DNA from: Clostridia bacterium
Lineage (GTDB): Bacteria; Bacillota; Clostridia; Christensenellales; CAG-138
Length of the DNA: 64,000 nt
NCBI GenBank assembly: GCA_017514685.1
Contig: JAFWJN010000040.1
Location: forward strand, 5,056 to 69,055
Reading direction: 5' to 3'
The translations under genes were made by a program, and so were the position numbers. The first letter of the stretch is position 1; each line of letters starts with the position of its first letter. Under the pieces are notes generated by a model. That model did not search any database. It had not been told where the DNA came from and was given only the letters and a program-made list of their open reading frames with translations. Positions 34,943 through 44,527 of the stretch are shown here, piece after piece.

Positions 34943-37093
34943 TTATATCTTTGTAAGGGGTACCCGGAAAGCGATCGTACGCGGAGTTGCCAGCGAATCA
35001 AACACAACCGTATATGCGTTTCTGTCAGGATCCACTCCCACAATTGTACCATTGCCCAGAATCGTGTGTCTCACTCTCGTTCCTACAGGCATCAAATCCG
35101 CTTTTCCTGCATCGCTTTGCATCTGATTTTCCGAATTTCGAATATAACTCCACGCATCGCGAATCAATCCTTCCCTCGGGATCTGGGTGTATTCCAGCAG
35201 ATCCTGCCTGATATCCAGGAGAAAACGGGAAGGATATTTCGGCGAACCATCCAAGTTCCTTCCTTCCGCTTCTGAAAGAAACAGCCTCTTTTCCGCCCGG
35301 GTCATGGCGACAAAAGCCAGTCTTCTCTCTTCTTCCATTCCCTCGATCGTTCTTACTTTTCTGGAGGGAAACACTCCTTCATTCATTCCGCAGAGAAATA
35401 CATAAGGAAATTCCAGACCTTTTGCTGCATGCACGGTCATGAGCTTTACTTTATCACCCGGTTCTTCCTTGTCACTGTTTGTAAACAATGCAATGTGCGC
35501 CAGATAATGAATAATCGTCGCTTCTTCTCCGCACGTTGTCTCATATTCATATACCGACTGTTTCAATTCGGCAAGATTATCCAGCCTCTCCTGGCTGCCT
35601 TCCGTACGCATCATCGCTTCATATCCGCTCTCATCAAGAATTGCCGAAAGCACTTCGGAGACCGGACGCCCTTCATAGCTCTGCCCGAAGGATTCAATCA
35701 GCCTGACAAAAGATGCCGCCTTCGTTCCTTTAAAAATCTCGTGATCCAGATTTCTTGTCAGCGCTTCATATAACGTACAATTGTTCAAAGCAGCATATTC
35801 TTCCAAAAATTTCAAACGTCGCTGGCCGATATTCCTCTTCGGGACATTGGCGATCCGTCTGAAAGACAGATCGTCCCGATATACGATCATTCGAAGATAG
35901 CTCAGAGCATCTTTGATCTCCATGCGCATGAAAAACTGCACTCCGCTGTAAATCGTATACGGAATTTTCTTTTTCAGAAGAATTTCTTCAATCTGACGGG
36001 TCAGATAATGTGCCCTGTACAGAATCGTCATATCTCTGTATTCTGTTCCTTTGTCATGAAGCTCTTTGATTTGTTTTGCAATCCATTTAGCTTCCTCTTC
36101 GGAACTTGCCGCATGATGGCAAAGAACCGTTTCCCCGTCAGGAAGCGTTGGAATCAGGTCTTTTTTGATCCGGTTTTTATTTCTGGAAATCAAAGAGTTC
36201 GCCGCAGCAAGAATCTGCGGGGTTGACCGGTAATTCTGATTCATCATGACCGTATGTGTGGGAACGAAACGGCTGTCAAACTCATTCAGATATTTCACAT
36301 TTGCCCCGCGCCAGGTATAGACTGTCTGATCCGGGTCTCCGACGATGAACAGATTTTTATGATATCCGCATAAAACGCTCATCAGCTCATACTGGATGGA
36401 ATCGATATCCTGGAACTCATCAATCATGATATATTCCAGCCTCTTCTGCCATTTTTCCCGAATATCCGGATGCTCCTTAAAGATATAAAGCGTGAATTTA
36501 ATCAAATCGTTATAGTCAAGACCAAAACACTTTTTCTGCTGATACAGATATCCGTAGAAAAGGATCTCATCCCGGTCCTGTGCCGCAAGATACTTTTCAC
36601 GCAGGCTGTCCAGCGATAATGTTATAAGATCCAGATAATATTCCGGTTTCCGGAACAGTTTCTGCATCTCAAACATGTCTCTGGCTGCAGAAAAAGTCAT
36701 ATCCCTCAATGTCAGGCCCCGCTCTTCATAGATCATTTTGAGCATATCGTCAATATCGGAATTGTCCAGAACCAGAAAGCTCTTGGGATAACCGACCGCA
36801 TGACTGTCTTCCTGCAGAATCGACACACAGAATCCGTGAAACGTGTTGATATATCCGGTATCATTGTCCCCTGTCAGAGCATGAATCCTCTGTCTCATTT
36901 CATTCGCTGCTTTGTTTGTAAATGTTACACAGAGTATATTTCCGGGAAGAATGCCGAAATCATTCACCAGATAAGCAAACCGATGAGAGAGAGCCCGCGT
37001 TTTTCCGGAGCCGGCTCCTGCGACAACCCGGATAAAACCTTCCGTGCTTGTAACGGCTTCTTTTTGCGCATCATTCAATTTCTCCCAGATCAT
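34943..37093 (-). CDS. UvrD/PcrA-family ATP-dependent DNA helicase
   Basis: Walker A AGAGSGKT, motif II IDEFQD, later SF1 motifs (VGDPDQTVYTWRGA, MTVHAAKGLEF). ATG 37093 preferred over track start 37225. Confidence 0.88.
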   Translation of the reverse strand: MIWEKLNDAQKEAVTSTEGFIRVVAGAGSGKTRALSHRFAYLVNDFGILPGNILCVTFTNKAANEMRQRIHALTGDNDTGYINTFHGFCVSILQEDSHAVGYPKSFLVLDNSDIDDMLKMIYEERGLTLRDMTFSAARDMFEMQKLFRKPEYYLDLITLSLDSLREKYLAAQDRDEILFYGYLYQQKKCFGLDYNDLIKFTLYIFKEHPDIREKWQKRLEYIMIDEFQDIDSIQYELMSVLCGYHKNLFIVGDPDQTVYTWRGANVKYLNEFDSRFVPTHTVMMNQNYRSTPQILAAANSLISRNKNRIKKDLIPTLPDGETVLCHHAASSEEEAKWIAKQIKELHDKGTEYRDMTILYRAHYLTRQIEEILLKKKIPYTIYSGVQFFMRMEIKDALSYLRMIVYRDDLSFRRIANVPKRNIGQRRLKFLEEYAALNNCTLYEALTRNLDHEIFKGTKAASFVRLIESFGQSYEGRPVSEVLSAILDESGYEAMMRTEGSQERLDNLAELKQSVYEYETTCGEEATIIHYLAHIALFTNSDKEEPGDKVKLMTVHAAKGLEFPYVFLCGMNEGVFPSRKVRTIEGMEEERRLAFVAMTRAEKRLFLSEAEGRNLDGSPKYPSRFLLDIRQDLLEYTQIPREGLIRDAWSYIRNSENQMQSDAGKADLMPVGTRVRHTILGNGTIVGVDPDRNAYTVVFDSLATPRTIAFRVPLTKI

Positions 37094-37119
37094 GCGGTTT
37101 CCCCTTTCGCGTTTGCTAT

Positions 37120-37148
37120 ATTTTACCATATCAGCGCACAAATAACAA
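37120..37148 (-). promoter_or_regulatory. Candidate helicase promoter
   Basis: TTGTTA-17 nt-TAAAAT on the minus strand. Confidence 0.5.
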
Positions 37149-37174
37149 TATTTTTTTATCGCAGAAGCAAACAG

Positions 37175-37211
37175 ATTGAAAAACGCGCCCGGTTCCTGCC
37201 GGAAACCGGGC
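37175..37211 (-). terminator. Rho-independent terminator after the hydrolase gene
   Basis: Minus strand GCCCGGTT-9 nt-AACCGGGC followed by GCGTTTTTC. Confidence 0.7.
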
Positions 37212-37238
37212 ACATCCTTATACAACTTATTTCTTTTT

Positions 37239-39224
37239 TTACAGCATTGATGATCCGCCTGTCACAATCCACGCTGCAAGTGATGCAACCGTCAGCGCTC
37301 CGACCCAGACACTGCCTGTCCGGCGATACATGTATGTACAGAGCACGCTGAATACGATGACCTGCGGTACAAACAGAATCATCAGGGACATGAACGGCCC
37401 GCCGAAAGTCGATCCGAACAGAACATCCGCGCCCGGTCCTATTCCCAGGAAGAATGGGATATACTCAATCAGGACGATAATCAGGATTCCTCCGACCATC
37501 ATCAGGGCATTTCTCCACCAACTTCCTATAAACCCTTTAAATCCCTTCTGATAAGTCGCTTCTGTCCGCATGGAAGCCATGATTTTGGAGTTGTTCAGAA
37601 GGAAGAACAATGCGAAAACCGGAATGTAAACAAAGAACTGTCCGAATCTTGCCCATGTGAAGGTTTTGAAGAACGGCCATATGAATCTCAGATCCAATCC
37701 ATGGAACAGTCCGCAAAGCGCAACGATAATATAGAGTATAGCAAGCAGACAAAGGACGAGCAGGCAGGCACGGAAAAGATGCTTCCAGCCGATCCGGTTC
37801 GGCTGTTCGGCTGTTCCGAGTCCCATTCCGTAATAACCGTCATACGTTCCCTTCTTTTTTGCTCCCCGTGTTCCGATCAGGGTCGTAATCAGCATGACAA
37901 GGATCAAAAGCAGATACCAGCTGATAAAACCGTTGCCGACCGTCATCCGGAAGATACCCTCCGGAAGCGGAAGCAGCCCATGTCCAAGCTGGGTCATAAA
38001 GGGGTAAGAGAAACCTGCGATCAGCATCGTGATCAGAACCCCGCGCCACCACGCTCCTTTCGGTTTGATACCTGTCTTCGGCGGAAGCGGCTGTACAATT
38101 GCTTCGAAGAACGGAATCGTCAGAAGAAGTTCCATTGCCGGCAGCAGTGCCGCGACAGCACAGAGCATTGCAAGAAGTACCAGCCACTCTTTGATCATCG
38201 CAATCTGATTCGTTGCCGGAACACTGTTTTTATAGGACAACGCATCCGCGAACCAGTCCAATGCAACAGCAAGACCGTGAGCATGATGTGTAGTCAGGCG
38301 GTGATTGGTATACAGCAGTTCCATTCTTCGCGCTGTTCCTTCAGCAAAACTCCCGAAGGTGGTATTCCAGGCAGCATCGTTCACAGATGTTCCAAGGAAC
38401 TCCGCACGAAGAGGCGTATGCAGAAGTTTGTCATCCACATTCTTTTCATAGTCGCGGAAATAGCTGAATTCGTCCCATTTTGCCTGAAGTAAAAGAACAT
38501 TATTGAAATGAATTTTGCTGCTGTCATAGGCATCTTTGGTAAACAGTTCACCGCACTGCAATACGGTCGCTTTCGGCTCAATCTCCGTTCCGGAATATGC
38601 CGCTGCTACCGACCAGCTGGACCATGTCCCCATCGAATGGCCGGACAATCCCAATCGGGAATTGTCTACAAAAGGAAGACTTGCCAGCCAGGCATATGCT
38701 GCAATGCCTCCGCAGGAACTGTCTGTAATTTCATTTCCCTGGTCATCTTTTGTATATCGCTCATCAAAGAAACTGAGGTTGGAGAAGTTCATCATCAGCC
38801 GGTAACGTGTTGCGCCTCCGACAGAAACGAAAGTTCCATTCTCTTTGCTGTCCAGACCGAAATTAACCTTCACTCTCTGGTTCACGTATCCGCGATTGAT
38901 CAATCCGGGTTCTGAAGAACCGTGTCCATACTCATCGATGGAAAGAACCACTACTCCGCGCCTTGCAAGTTCAATCGCATATGCCGCGCAGGTCTCTTTA
39001 TCGTTCTGATATCCATGCAGCAGAAGTACACCGGGCGCTTTGACAGCATCTTTCGGCTTGTAGAGTTTATACGTAATATCACCGACATTGGTATCAATCA
39101 CGCCTTGTGTGATTTCAACAGTTCCTCCTGCAGTCTGGATCCTGTCCGCGATTGCCATGCAGCAAAAAACTGCCGCCAAAAGCACCGCCAGCAGAATCCC
39201 CGCTGTTTTTCTGGTCTTCTTCAT
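37239..39224 (-). CDS. Alpha/beta-hydrolase domain fused to a large polytopic membrane domain
   Basis: Signal anchor, LLLHGYQ oxyanion region, nucleophile elbow GHSMG, then about 9 predicted TM helices over the C-terminal 330 aa. Confidence 0.68.
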   Translation of the reverse strand: MKKTRKTAGILLAVLLAAVFCCMAIADRIQTAGGTVEITQGVIDTNVGDITYKLYKPKDAVKAPGVLLLHGYQNDKETCAAYAIELARRGVVVLSIDEYGHGSSEPGLINRGYVNQRVKVNFGLDSKENGTFVSVGGATRYRLMMNFSNLSFFDERYTKDDQGNEITDSSCGGIAAYAWLASLPFVDNSRLGLSGHSMGTWSSWSVAAAYSGTEIEPKATVLQCGELFTKDAYDSSKIHFNNVLLLQAKWDEFSYFRDYEKNVDDKLLHTPLRAEFLGTSVNDAAWNTTFGSFAEGTARRMELLYTNHRLTTHHAHGLAVALDWFADALSYKNSVPATNQIAMIKEWLVLLAMLCAVAALLPAMELLLTIPFFEAIVQPLPPKTGIKPKGAWWRGVLITMLIAGFSYPFMTQLGHGLLPLPEGIFRMTVGNGFISWYLLLILVMLITTLIGTRGAKKKGTYDGYYGMGLGTAEQPNRIGWKHLFRACLLVLCLLAILYIIVALCGLFHGLDLRFIWPFFKTFTWARFGQFFVYIPVFALFFLLNNSKIMASMRTEATYQKGFKGFIGSWWRNALMMVGGILIIVLIEYIPFFLGIGPGADVLFGSTFGGPFMSLMILFVPQVIVFSVLCTYMYRRTGSVWVGALTVASLAAWIVTGGSSML

Positions 39225-39243
39225 TGCCCTCTCCCCCTCATGA

Positions 39244-40566
39244 TCATTTGTTTTTATGTGCTTCCTTCCACTCCTTGATCTGCTGAAGCCGTTCTTTAAA
39301 ACGGGATTCCAGGCCCTGATCAGTTGGTCGGTAGTACTCTCTCCCGAGCAGTGAATCCGGCAAGCACTGCATGTTCGTCAGTTTATCTTCCGTGTCATGC
39401 GCATATTGATATCCCTTTCCGTATCCGAGGTCTTTCATCAGTCTGGTCGGCGCATTCCGGATAACAAGGGGAACGGGTTCAGCAAGCATCTTTGATGCAT
39501 CTTCCTTTGCGGACATATACGCTACTTCCATCGCATTTGATTTCGGCGCCAGGGAAAGATAGGTAACCGCCTGGGTCAAATGCACAGTACACTCAGGCAT
39601 TCCGATAAAATGACACGCCTGGTAAGCTGCGACACAGAGTTCAAGGGCTCTCGGATCAGCCAGTCCCACATCCTCGCTTGCGAACCTCACAATCCGCCTT
39701 GCAACGTACAAAGGATCCTCTCCTGCTTCCAGCATTCTTGCAAGCCAATAGACTGCCGCATCCGGATCGGAATTCCGCATTGACTTATGAAGAGCTGATA
39801 TCAGATTGTAATGCTCCTCTCCGCCCTTATCATAAAGCAGGGATTTTTTAGAAATGCACTGCTCTACAGTTTCCTTTGTGACAGTAATCGTTTCGCCGTC
39901 CATTTCTCCGTTGAGAACCACCATTTCCAATGTGGAAAGAGCTGTTCTGGCGTCTCCGTTCGCAAAACCGGCTATCGTTTCAATCAGTTCCTCCGGGATC
40001 TGTACTTTCAACGTTCCGAATCCTCTCGGGTCCCTGAGTGCCCGGTTCAGCAATTGCGACAAGTCATCCTGGGAAAGCGCCTGCAGTACAAAGACCTTGC
40101 ATCTGGACAATAAAGCGCTGTTTACTTCGAAAGATGGATTTTCTGTTGTCGCGCCGATCAAAATGATGCTTCCCTTTTCTACAAATGGAAGAAACGCATC
40201 CTGCTGCGCTTTGTTGAAACGATGAATTTCGTCAATGAACAGAATCGTTTTCTCCCCGAACCGAAGGTTATCTTCCGCTTGCTGCATGACCTGTTTGATT
40301 TCCTTTATTCCGCTTGTAACAGCAGAAAAATCGATAAACCGCGCTTTTGTTGAGTTTGCGATGATTCGGGCAAGTGTTGTCTTTCCGACTCCCGGAGGTC
40401 CCCAAAAGATCATAGACGAGATTCTGTCGCTCTCAATCAATCTGCGAAGAATTTTTCCTTCTCCGATCAGATGTTTCTGTCCGACAAACTCCTCCAGTGA
40501 AACCGGCCTCAGTCTTGCGGCAAGGGGTCTCGAAGTATCGGTATTAAAAAAGGTATATTGTTCCAT
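39244..40566 (-). CDS. rarA: Replication-associated recombination protein A (AAA+ ATPase)
   Basis: FWGPPGVGKTTLARIIA Walker A, FIDEIHRFNK Walker B/sensor, MgsA C-terminal domain. Confidence 0.92.
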   Translation of the reverse strand: MEQYTFFNTDTSRPLAARLRPVSLEEFVGQKHLIGEGKILRRLIESDRISSMIFWGPPGVGKTTLARIIANSTKARFIDFSAVTSGIKEIKQVMQQAEDNLRFGEKTILFIDEIHRFNKAQQDAFLPFVEKGSIILIGATTENPSFEVNSALLSRCKVFVLQALSQDDLSQLLNRALRDPRGFGTLKVQIPEELIETIAGFANGDARTALSTLEMVVLNGEMDGETITVTKETVEQCISKKSLLYDKGGEEHYNLISALHKSMRNSDPDAAVYWLARMLEAGEDPLYVARRIVRFASEDVGLADPRALELCVAAYQACHFIGMPECTVHLTQAVTYLSLAPKSNAMEVAYMSAKEDASKMLAEPVPLVIRNAPTRLMKDLGYGKGYQYAHDTEDKLTNMQCLPDSLLGREYYRPTDQGLESRFKERLQQIKEWKEAHKNK

Positions 40567-40584
40567 TTAAACTCCTCAGTCAAC

Positions 40585-40610
40585 ACGGGAGGGGACTAGC
40601 CCCTCCCCGT
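40585..40610. other. GC-rich bulged hairpin between the TPM gene and rarA
   Basis: ACGGGAGGGG-ACTAGC-CCCTCCCCGT. No U tract on either strand, so not called a terminator. Confidence 0.5.
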
Positions 40611-40652
40611 AAACAATCCCTCTATTGATCTGTTAATCGGGAACATCCCGGA

Positions 40653-41894
40653 TCAGAATTTTCCGCTGTGACCGCCGTGTGAAACACCGGACGATGAAAA
40701 ATGACTGCTGCTATGTCCTCCGCTGCTTCCACTCCTTCCGCTGTCCGTACTGCGCAGCGTCTTTGAAACACTGGCGTAAAGGAACAGATCTTCGTGCTCA
40801 TTGATCTGGAGACTGTCTCTCTTCAGATAATCCGATGCCTGCAGCTGCTTACCGACAGATCTCAGTTTTGCCTTCATGGAACCGGTCACAATCATAGCGA
40901 CAATCAGTCCGATAAAACATGAGAACAGCAGTCTTGAACCGGACAAAGGCTGAAAAGTCCTTATTACCGGATCCGGACCCGTATGTTTTCTCATGTAATA
41001 GTTTTCTGCCAGCTGCTTTGCTTCGCTGCAGAAACTCTGAACTGCTGAAAGCGCAGTATCTCCGGAAAGCTTTTCCGCAAATGTCTGCTCCAGAGCCTTC
41101 CGCTCCGTTTCAGCAACGGCACTCGTCATTTCGCCGCCTGTTACACAATAACAAGTGGAACCGGCTCTGTCGATCACCATCACGATCTTGTCGTCATAGA
41201 TGCTGTGACGATAATCTCCGGAATCGTATGTCGCTTTGACATAATCGGATGCGCTTTGTCCGTTCAAATCATCGACCGTCAGAACCACAATATCACATCC
41301 GGCAACGTGACTGTAACTTTCCAGCGTTCGTAAAGCTGTGGTTTTTGAGTTATCATCTGTAAAGAAATTGCCCTGATCGCTGAGATACAGCACGCTTCTT
41401 CTGTCAGCGGTTTTCAGAACATCCTCACAGCGCGACGCAAACGCCATAAACGCTTTCAGATAGTTACCGGAAGATAAATAGGGAAGAAATTCATCTTCAA
41501 TACTGTATAGAACGCTGTCATTAAACCAATCCTGAGCGGCCCCGGCGGTCGAAGTTGCCCAATCACGTTCTTCCATGCAGACCATCAGCAGAATTCCGTC
41601 ATGAGTTGTTCCATACCCATAACCGTTCAAATCATAGAAATCATCCGCAAACTGAGTTGCGCTTTTATATCCCAGAGAGGCGGGGATAATAACGGCTACA
41701 TCGCAGGCATTCTCCGAGCTGATGCGTTCCAGTTCTGAAAGCAACTGTGCTTCTTCACTGTCCGTAAGAATGTCTCCCTCGTCCACTAAAAGCGGCATTT
41801 GCCTTTCCGACGGAAGATCTCCGATATCTGCAAAGGCAAAAACGGGGAGAAGGAGAATCATGAAAGCGATCAAAGCAGAAATGATTTTTTTCAC
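40653..41894 (-). CDS. Secreted/membrane-anchored protein with two TPM (TLP18.3/Psb32/MOLO-1) domains and Gly/Ser/His-rich tail
   Basis: GTG 41894 with GGGGGTG SD. Signal peptide KKIISALIAFMILLLPVFAFA. Two LxD.A..L...E...L-type TPM modules. TM helix. Tail SGRSGSSGGHSSSHFSSSGVSHGGHSGKF. Confidence 0.72.
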   Translation of the reverse strand: MKKIISALIAFMILLLPVFAFADIGDLPSERQMPLLVDEGDILTDSEEAQLLSELERISSENACDVAVIIPASLGYKSATQFADDFYDLNGYGYGTTHDGILLMVCMEERDWATSTAGAAQDWFNDSVLYSIEDEFLPYLSSGNYLKAFMAFASRCEDVLKTADRRSVLYLSDQGNFFTDDNSKTTALRTLESYSHVAGCDIVVLTVDDLNGQSASDYVKATYDSGDYRHSIYDDKIVMVIDRAGSTCYCVTGGEMTSAVAETERKALEQTFAEKLSGDTALSAVQSFCSEAKQLAENYYMRKHTGPDPVIRTFQPLSGSRLLFSCFIGLIVAMIVTGSMKAKLRSVGKQLQASDYLKRDSLQINEHEDLFLYASVSKTLRSTDSGRSGSSGGHSSSHFSSSGVSHGGHSGKF

Positions 41895-41907
41895 TGTCTT
41901 CACCCCC

Positions 41908-42999
41908 TTAGATAAACATATAGGAGAACAGTGACAGAAGCAGATACGCGCCTGCCGCAACACCCAATCCCGTCAGAATCCACCATTTCGCATATGCGCC
42001 TTTATCCAGCGGAAGATCTCCGACAAACTTTCCGGTTTGGCCGTTCATAGCAAACGTATACTTCTTTCCGTTCCAGGTCGTATTCAAAAGCCAGACCGGA
42101 AGAAGAGCATATTTGGAAAAACTGCGCTCTGTCTGCAGATTACCGCTTTCCCAGGTCAGCGTCTGATATCCGGAAACAGCATTTCTCAGCACGTTCTCAG
42201 TACTGGTACGGATTCTTTCCGTTGCTCTCGGAATGCTCTCCTCCGCTGATACATCATATCGATCGGCAAAATAGCCGGACAGATAGGCAGTCTGGAAAGA
42301 AACTGCTTCCGAAAGATCGAATGGCTCCAGCGACTCCATCATCGCATCATCCATCTTTTTGGAGCCGTCAACCGGAATTCCCGCAAATCCGAGGTTCCCA
42401 CCGCGCACAACTGAATAATGGCTGGTCTCAACATAATTGTATCGCATATCTGACCATGCGCGCGTTTTTGTCCCATGGAACCGGACATTCGCATAAACAT
42501 CCGCGTCATACAGCCAGAACGGTACATAAATTCCCTTGATCTCATCAATGTGGTTCTCACTTCTGAACACCTTGGGAAGTAATCTTTTTTTCAGTAAATG
42601 TTTCTCAAATGCGGCCTTCGCTGCTTTTTTATCCAGTTTAAACGGAATCACAAGATCCGGCTTTAAATCCCCGGCAAACTGCTGTTTCATGATAACAGGA
42701 TTGCCGCAGAACGGGCACGCGCTGGCACCCAGCGTTTCATCTCCGATAACCTGTCCTCCGCAGGACTGGCAGCTATACACGTTAATGCCGCTTTGTTCCC
42801 CATATTCCCACGTTGCGCCGTTCGGCTTGGCAACTTCAGCATCCTTTGCTTCCGTTTTTTTAAGCGCTTCATCGTATGCACGCAACGTTTCCATATCAAA
42901 TTCAGAATCGCAGTATTCGCATTTCATTTTCTGCAGCGCACTTGAAAATTTCAGGCCTGCGCCGCAGCATGGGCATTTATACTCCATTAAATCATCCAT
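41908..42999 (-). CDS. Double zinc-ribbon protein with C-terminal TM anchor, function unknown
   Basis: CPCCGAGL..CEYCDSEF and CQSCGGQV..CPFCGNPV motifs, C-terminal WWILTGLGVAAGAYLLLSLFSYMFI. ATG 42999 with GGAAGGAGAG SD; track start 43212 rejected. Confidence 0.6.
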   Translation of the reverse strand: MDDLMEYKCPCCGAGLKFSSALQKMKCEYCDSEFDMETLRAYDEALKKTEAKDAEVAKPNGATWEYGEQSGINVYSCQSCGGQVIGDETLGASACPFCGNPVIMKQQFAGDLKPDLVIPFKLDKKAAKAAFEKHLLKKRLLPKVFRSENHIDEIKGIYVPFWLYDADVYANVRFHGTKTRAWSDMRYNYVETSHYSVVRGGNLGFAGIPVDGSKKMDDAMMESLEPFDLSEAVSFQTAYLSGYFADRYDVSAEESIPRATERIRTSTENVLRNAVSGYQTLTWESGNLQTERSFSKYALLPVWLLNTTWNGKKYTFAMNGQTGKFVGDLPLDKGAYAKWWILTGLGVAAGAYLLLSLFSYMFI

Positions 43000-43295
43000 G
43001 CTGAACTCTCTCCTTCCGGTCTTCGCTGTGCAGAATGGTTTCTGCTTATATGAACTCATGATAAGTATATCGGAAACAGAGGTAAAAAGCAAGAAACACA
43101 CGCTATTTTTCCTCTTTTGTTCCCTGCCGGAATCCGAGCTTTTCCGTGTTCTATCAGGCACAGCATTTCCGTGCTTACTCTGTTCCGCCGCAAATTCCTT
43201 TCTATTGTCCATTGGTAAAACAATTCCCGGATTTGGGGTTGCGGATCTTCCTTTTTCGATTTATCATGAAGAAAAAAACTTCAGGAGATAACCCC

Positions 43296-44180
43296 ATGCA
43301 GGTTTCCATCAGCAACTCTTTTCTTCATATTACAGCTCAAACAGAAGGCGCGGAACTGCAGTCTGTCCGATCGGCAGATGGAACCGAATACCTATGGCAG
43401 GGGGATCCTGCATACTGGGAAGGACGTTCCCCTATCCTGTTTCCTTATGTTGCCAGACTGACAGACGGGAAGTATTATCTCGATGGTTCCGTGCATCAGA
43501 TGCGGATCCATGGTTTTGCTCCGTATTCTGTGTTCCGCCTTGCTTCGTGCACGGATACTGAAATAACCTTTGAACTGTCGGACACTCCCGAATCCCTTAT
43601 ACAGTATCCAAGGTCATTTGTCTTCCGGATTACCTACCGGCTGGAAGAAAAAACCTTGTTTATCAGGTATGAAGTTGCGAACACCGATGACCGCACCCTG
43701 TATTTCGGTCTCGGAGGACATCCCGGATTTCGAGTCCCGAACGTAACGGGAAAATCTTTTGAATCGTACCGGCTCCGGTTTAGTGAATCATCAGAACCGG
43801 TTCGCATCGGCTTTTCTGAAGATTGTTTCAGAGACGGCACAGAAACTGCCTTCCCCCTGGAAAACGGAACCATTCTTTCTTTGACCCATTCTCTCTTTGA
43901 CGATGATGCCATTGTTCTGAAAAATGTTGCAAGAGAAGTTGTTCTGGAAGCGGAAGGAGACGAGCACAGCATTACCGTCCGATATCCTCAAATGCCCTAT
44001 CTGGGACTCTGGCATGCTCCCAAAACAACTGCGCCCTATCTTTGCATTGAACCTTGGTGTTCTCTTCCTTCCGAAAAAGGAAAGATTTCAGTGTTTGAAA
44101 AGCAGAATGATCTGATCCGGGTTCTTCCCAAAGAACAGTATCGCAATGAATGGTCCATTTGTTTCGGTATGCCGGATTAA
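43296..44180 (+). CDS. Aldose 1-epimerase family protein (LacX-like)
   Basis: GAELQSVRSADGTEYLWQGDPAYWEGRSPILFPYV and GGHPGF motifs. ATG 43296 with AGGAGA SD. Confidence 0.75.
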   Translation: MQVSISNSFLHITAQTEGAELQSVRSADGTEYLWQGDPAYWEGRSPILFPYVARLTDGKYYLDGSVHQMRIHGFAPYSVFRLASCTDTEITFELSDTPESLIQYPRSFVFRITYRLEEKTLFIRYEVANTDDRTLYFGLGGHPGFRVPNVTGKSFESYRLRFSESSEPVRIGFSEDCFRDGTETAFPLENGTILSLTHSLFDDDAIVLKNVAREVVLEAEGDEHSITVRYPQMPYLGLWHAPKTTAPYLCIEPWCSLPSEKGKISVFEKQNDLIRVLPKEQYRNEWSICFGMPD

Positions 44181-44270
44181 TCGCACCGTGGATCTCCTGC
44201 GTGCATTCGGATGCAGATCAAGTCAGCGTTTAATCTGCATTCTGATTGTTTCTGCTTAAGAAAAAAATGC

Positions 44271-44299
44271 TTGACAGAAAAAGGATTCTTCGATATTAT
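44271..44299 (+). promoter_or_regulatory. Promoter of the tRNA-Glu gene
   Basis: TTGACA-17 nt-TATTAT, ending 10 nt before the mature tRNA 5' end. Confidence 0.65.
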
Positions 44300-44309
44300 T
44301 ATCTAGCCT

Positions 44310-44385
44310 GCTCGATTCGTCTAGTGGCCTAGGACACCGCCCTCTCACGGCGGTAACACGGGTTCGACTCCCGTATCGGGTACCA
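44310..44385 (+). tRNA. tRNA-Glu (anticodon CUC), CCA encoded
   Basis: Cloverleaf folded by hand: acceptor GCTCGAT/ATCGGGT (two G-U pairs), anticodon arm CCGCC-CTCTCAC-GGCGG, T arm ACGGG-TTCGACT-CCCGT. Near-identical core to B. subtilis tRNA-Glu. Confidence 0.9.
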
Positions 44386-44391
44386 ACTTGA

Positions 44392-44425
44392 AAAACGCCT
44401 TCAATGAGGCGTTTTTCTGTTTTTC
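44392..44425 (+). terminator. Rho-independent terminator after tRNA-Glu
   Basis: AAAACGCCT-TCAATG-AGGCGTTTT followed by TCTGTTTTTC. Confidence 0.85.
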
Positions 44426-44527
44426 TCTTCTTGCCTGTTAGGGCAATTGTCGTCTGGCACTTTTCCTTGCCTTCTTCTCGCTTTTTCTATATAATTATAT
44501 ATTATTCAAAAACATCGAGGTGTTATC

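Noticed and set aside
40585-40610. GC-rich hairpin between the TPM gene and rarA, considered as a terminator
   Set aside because: No U tract follows on either strand. It is kept only as an unexplained stem-loop (possible RNA processing or stability element).
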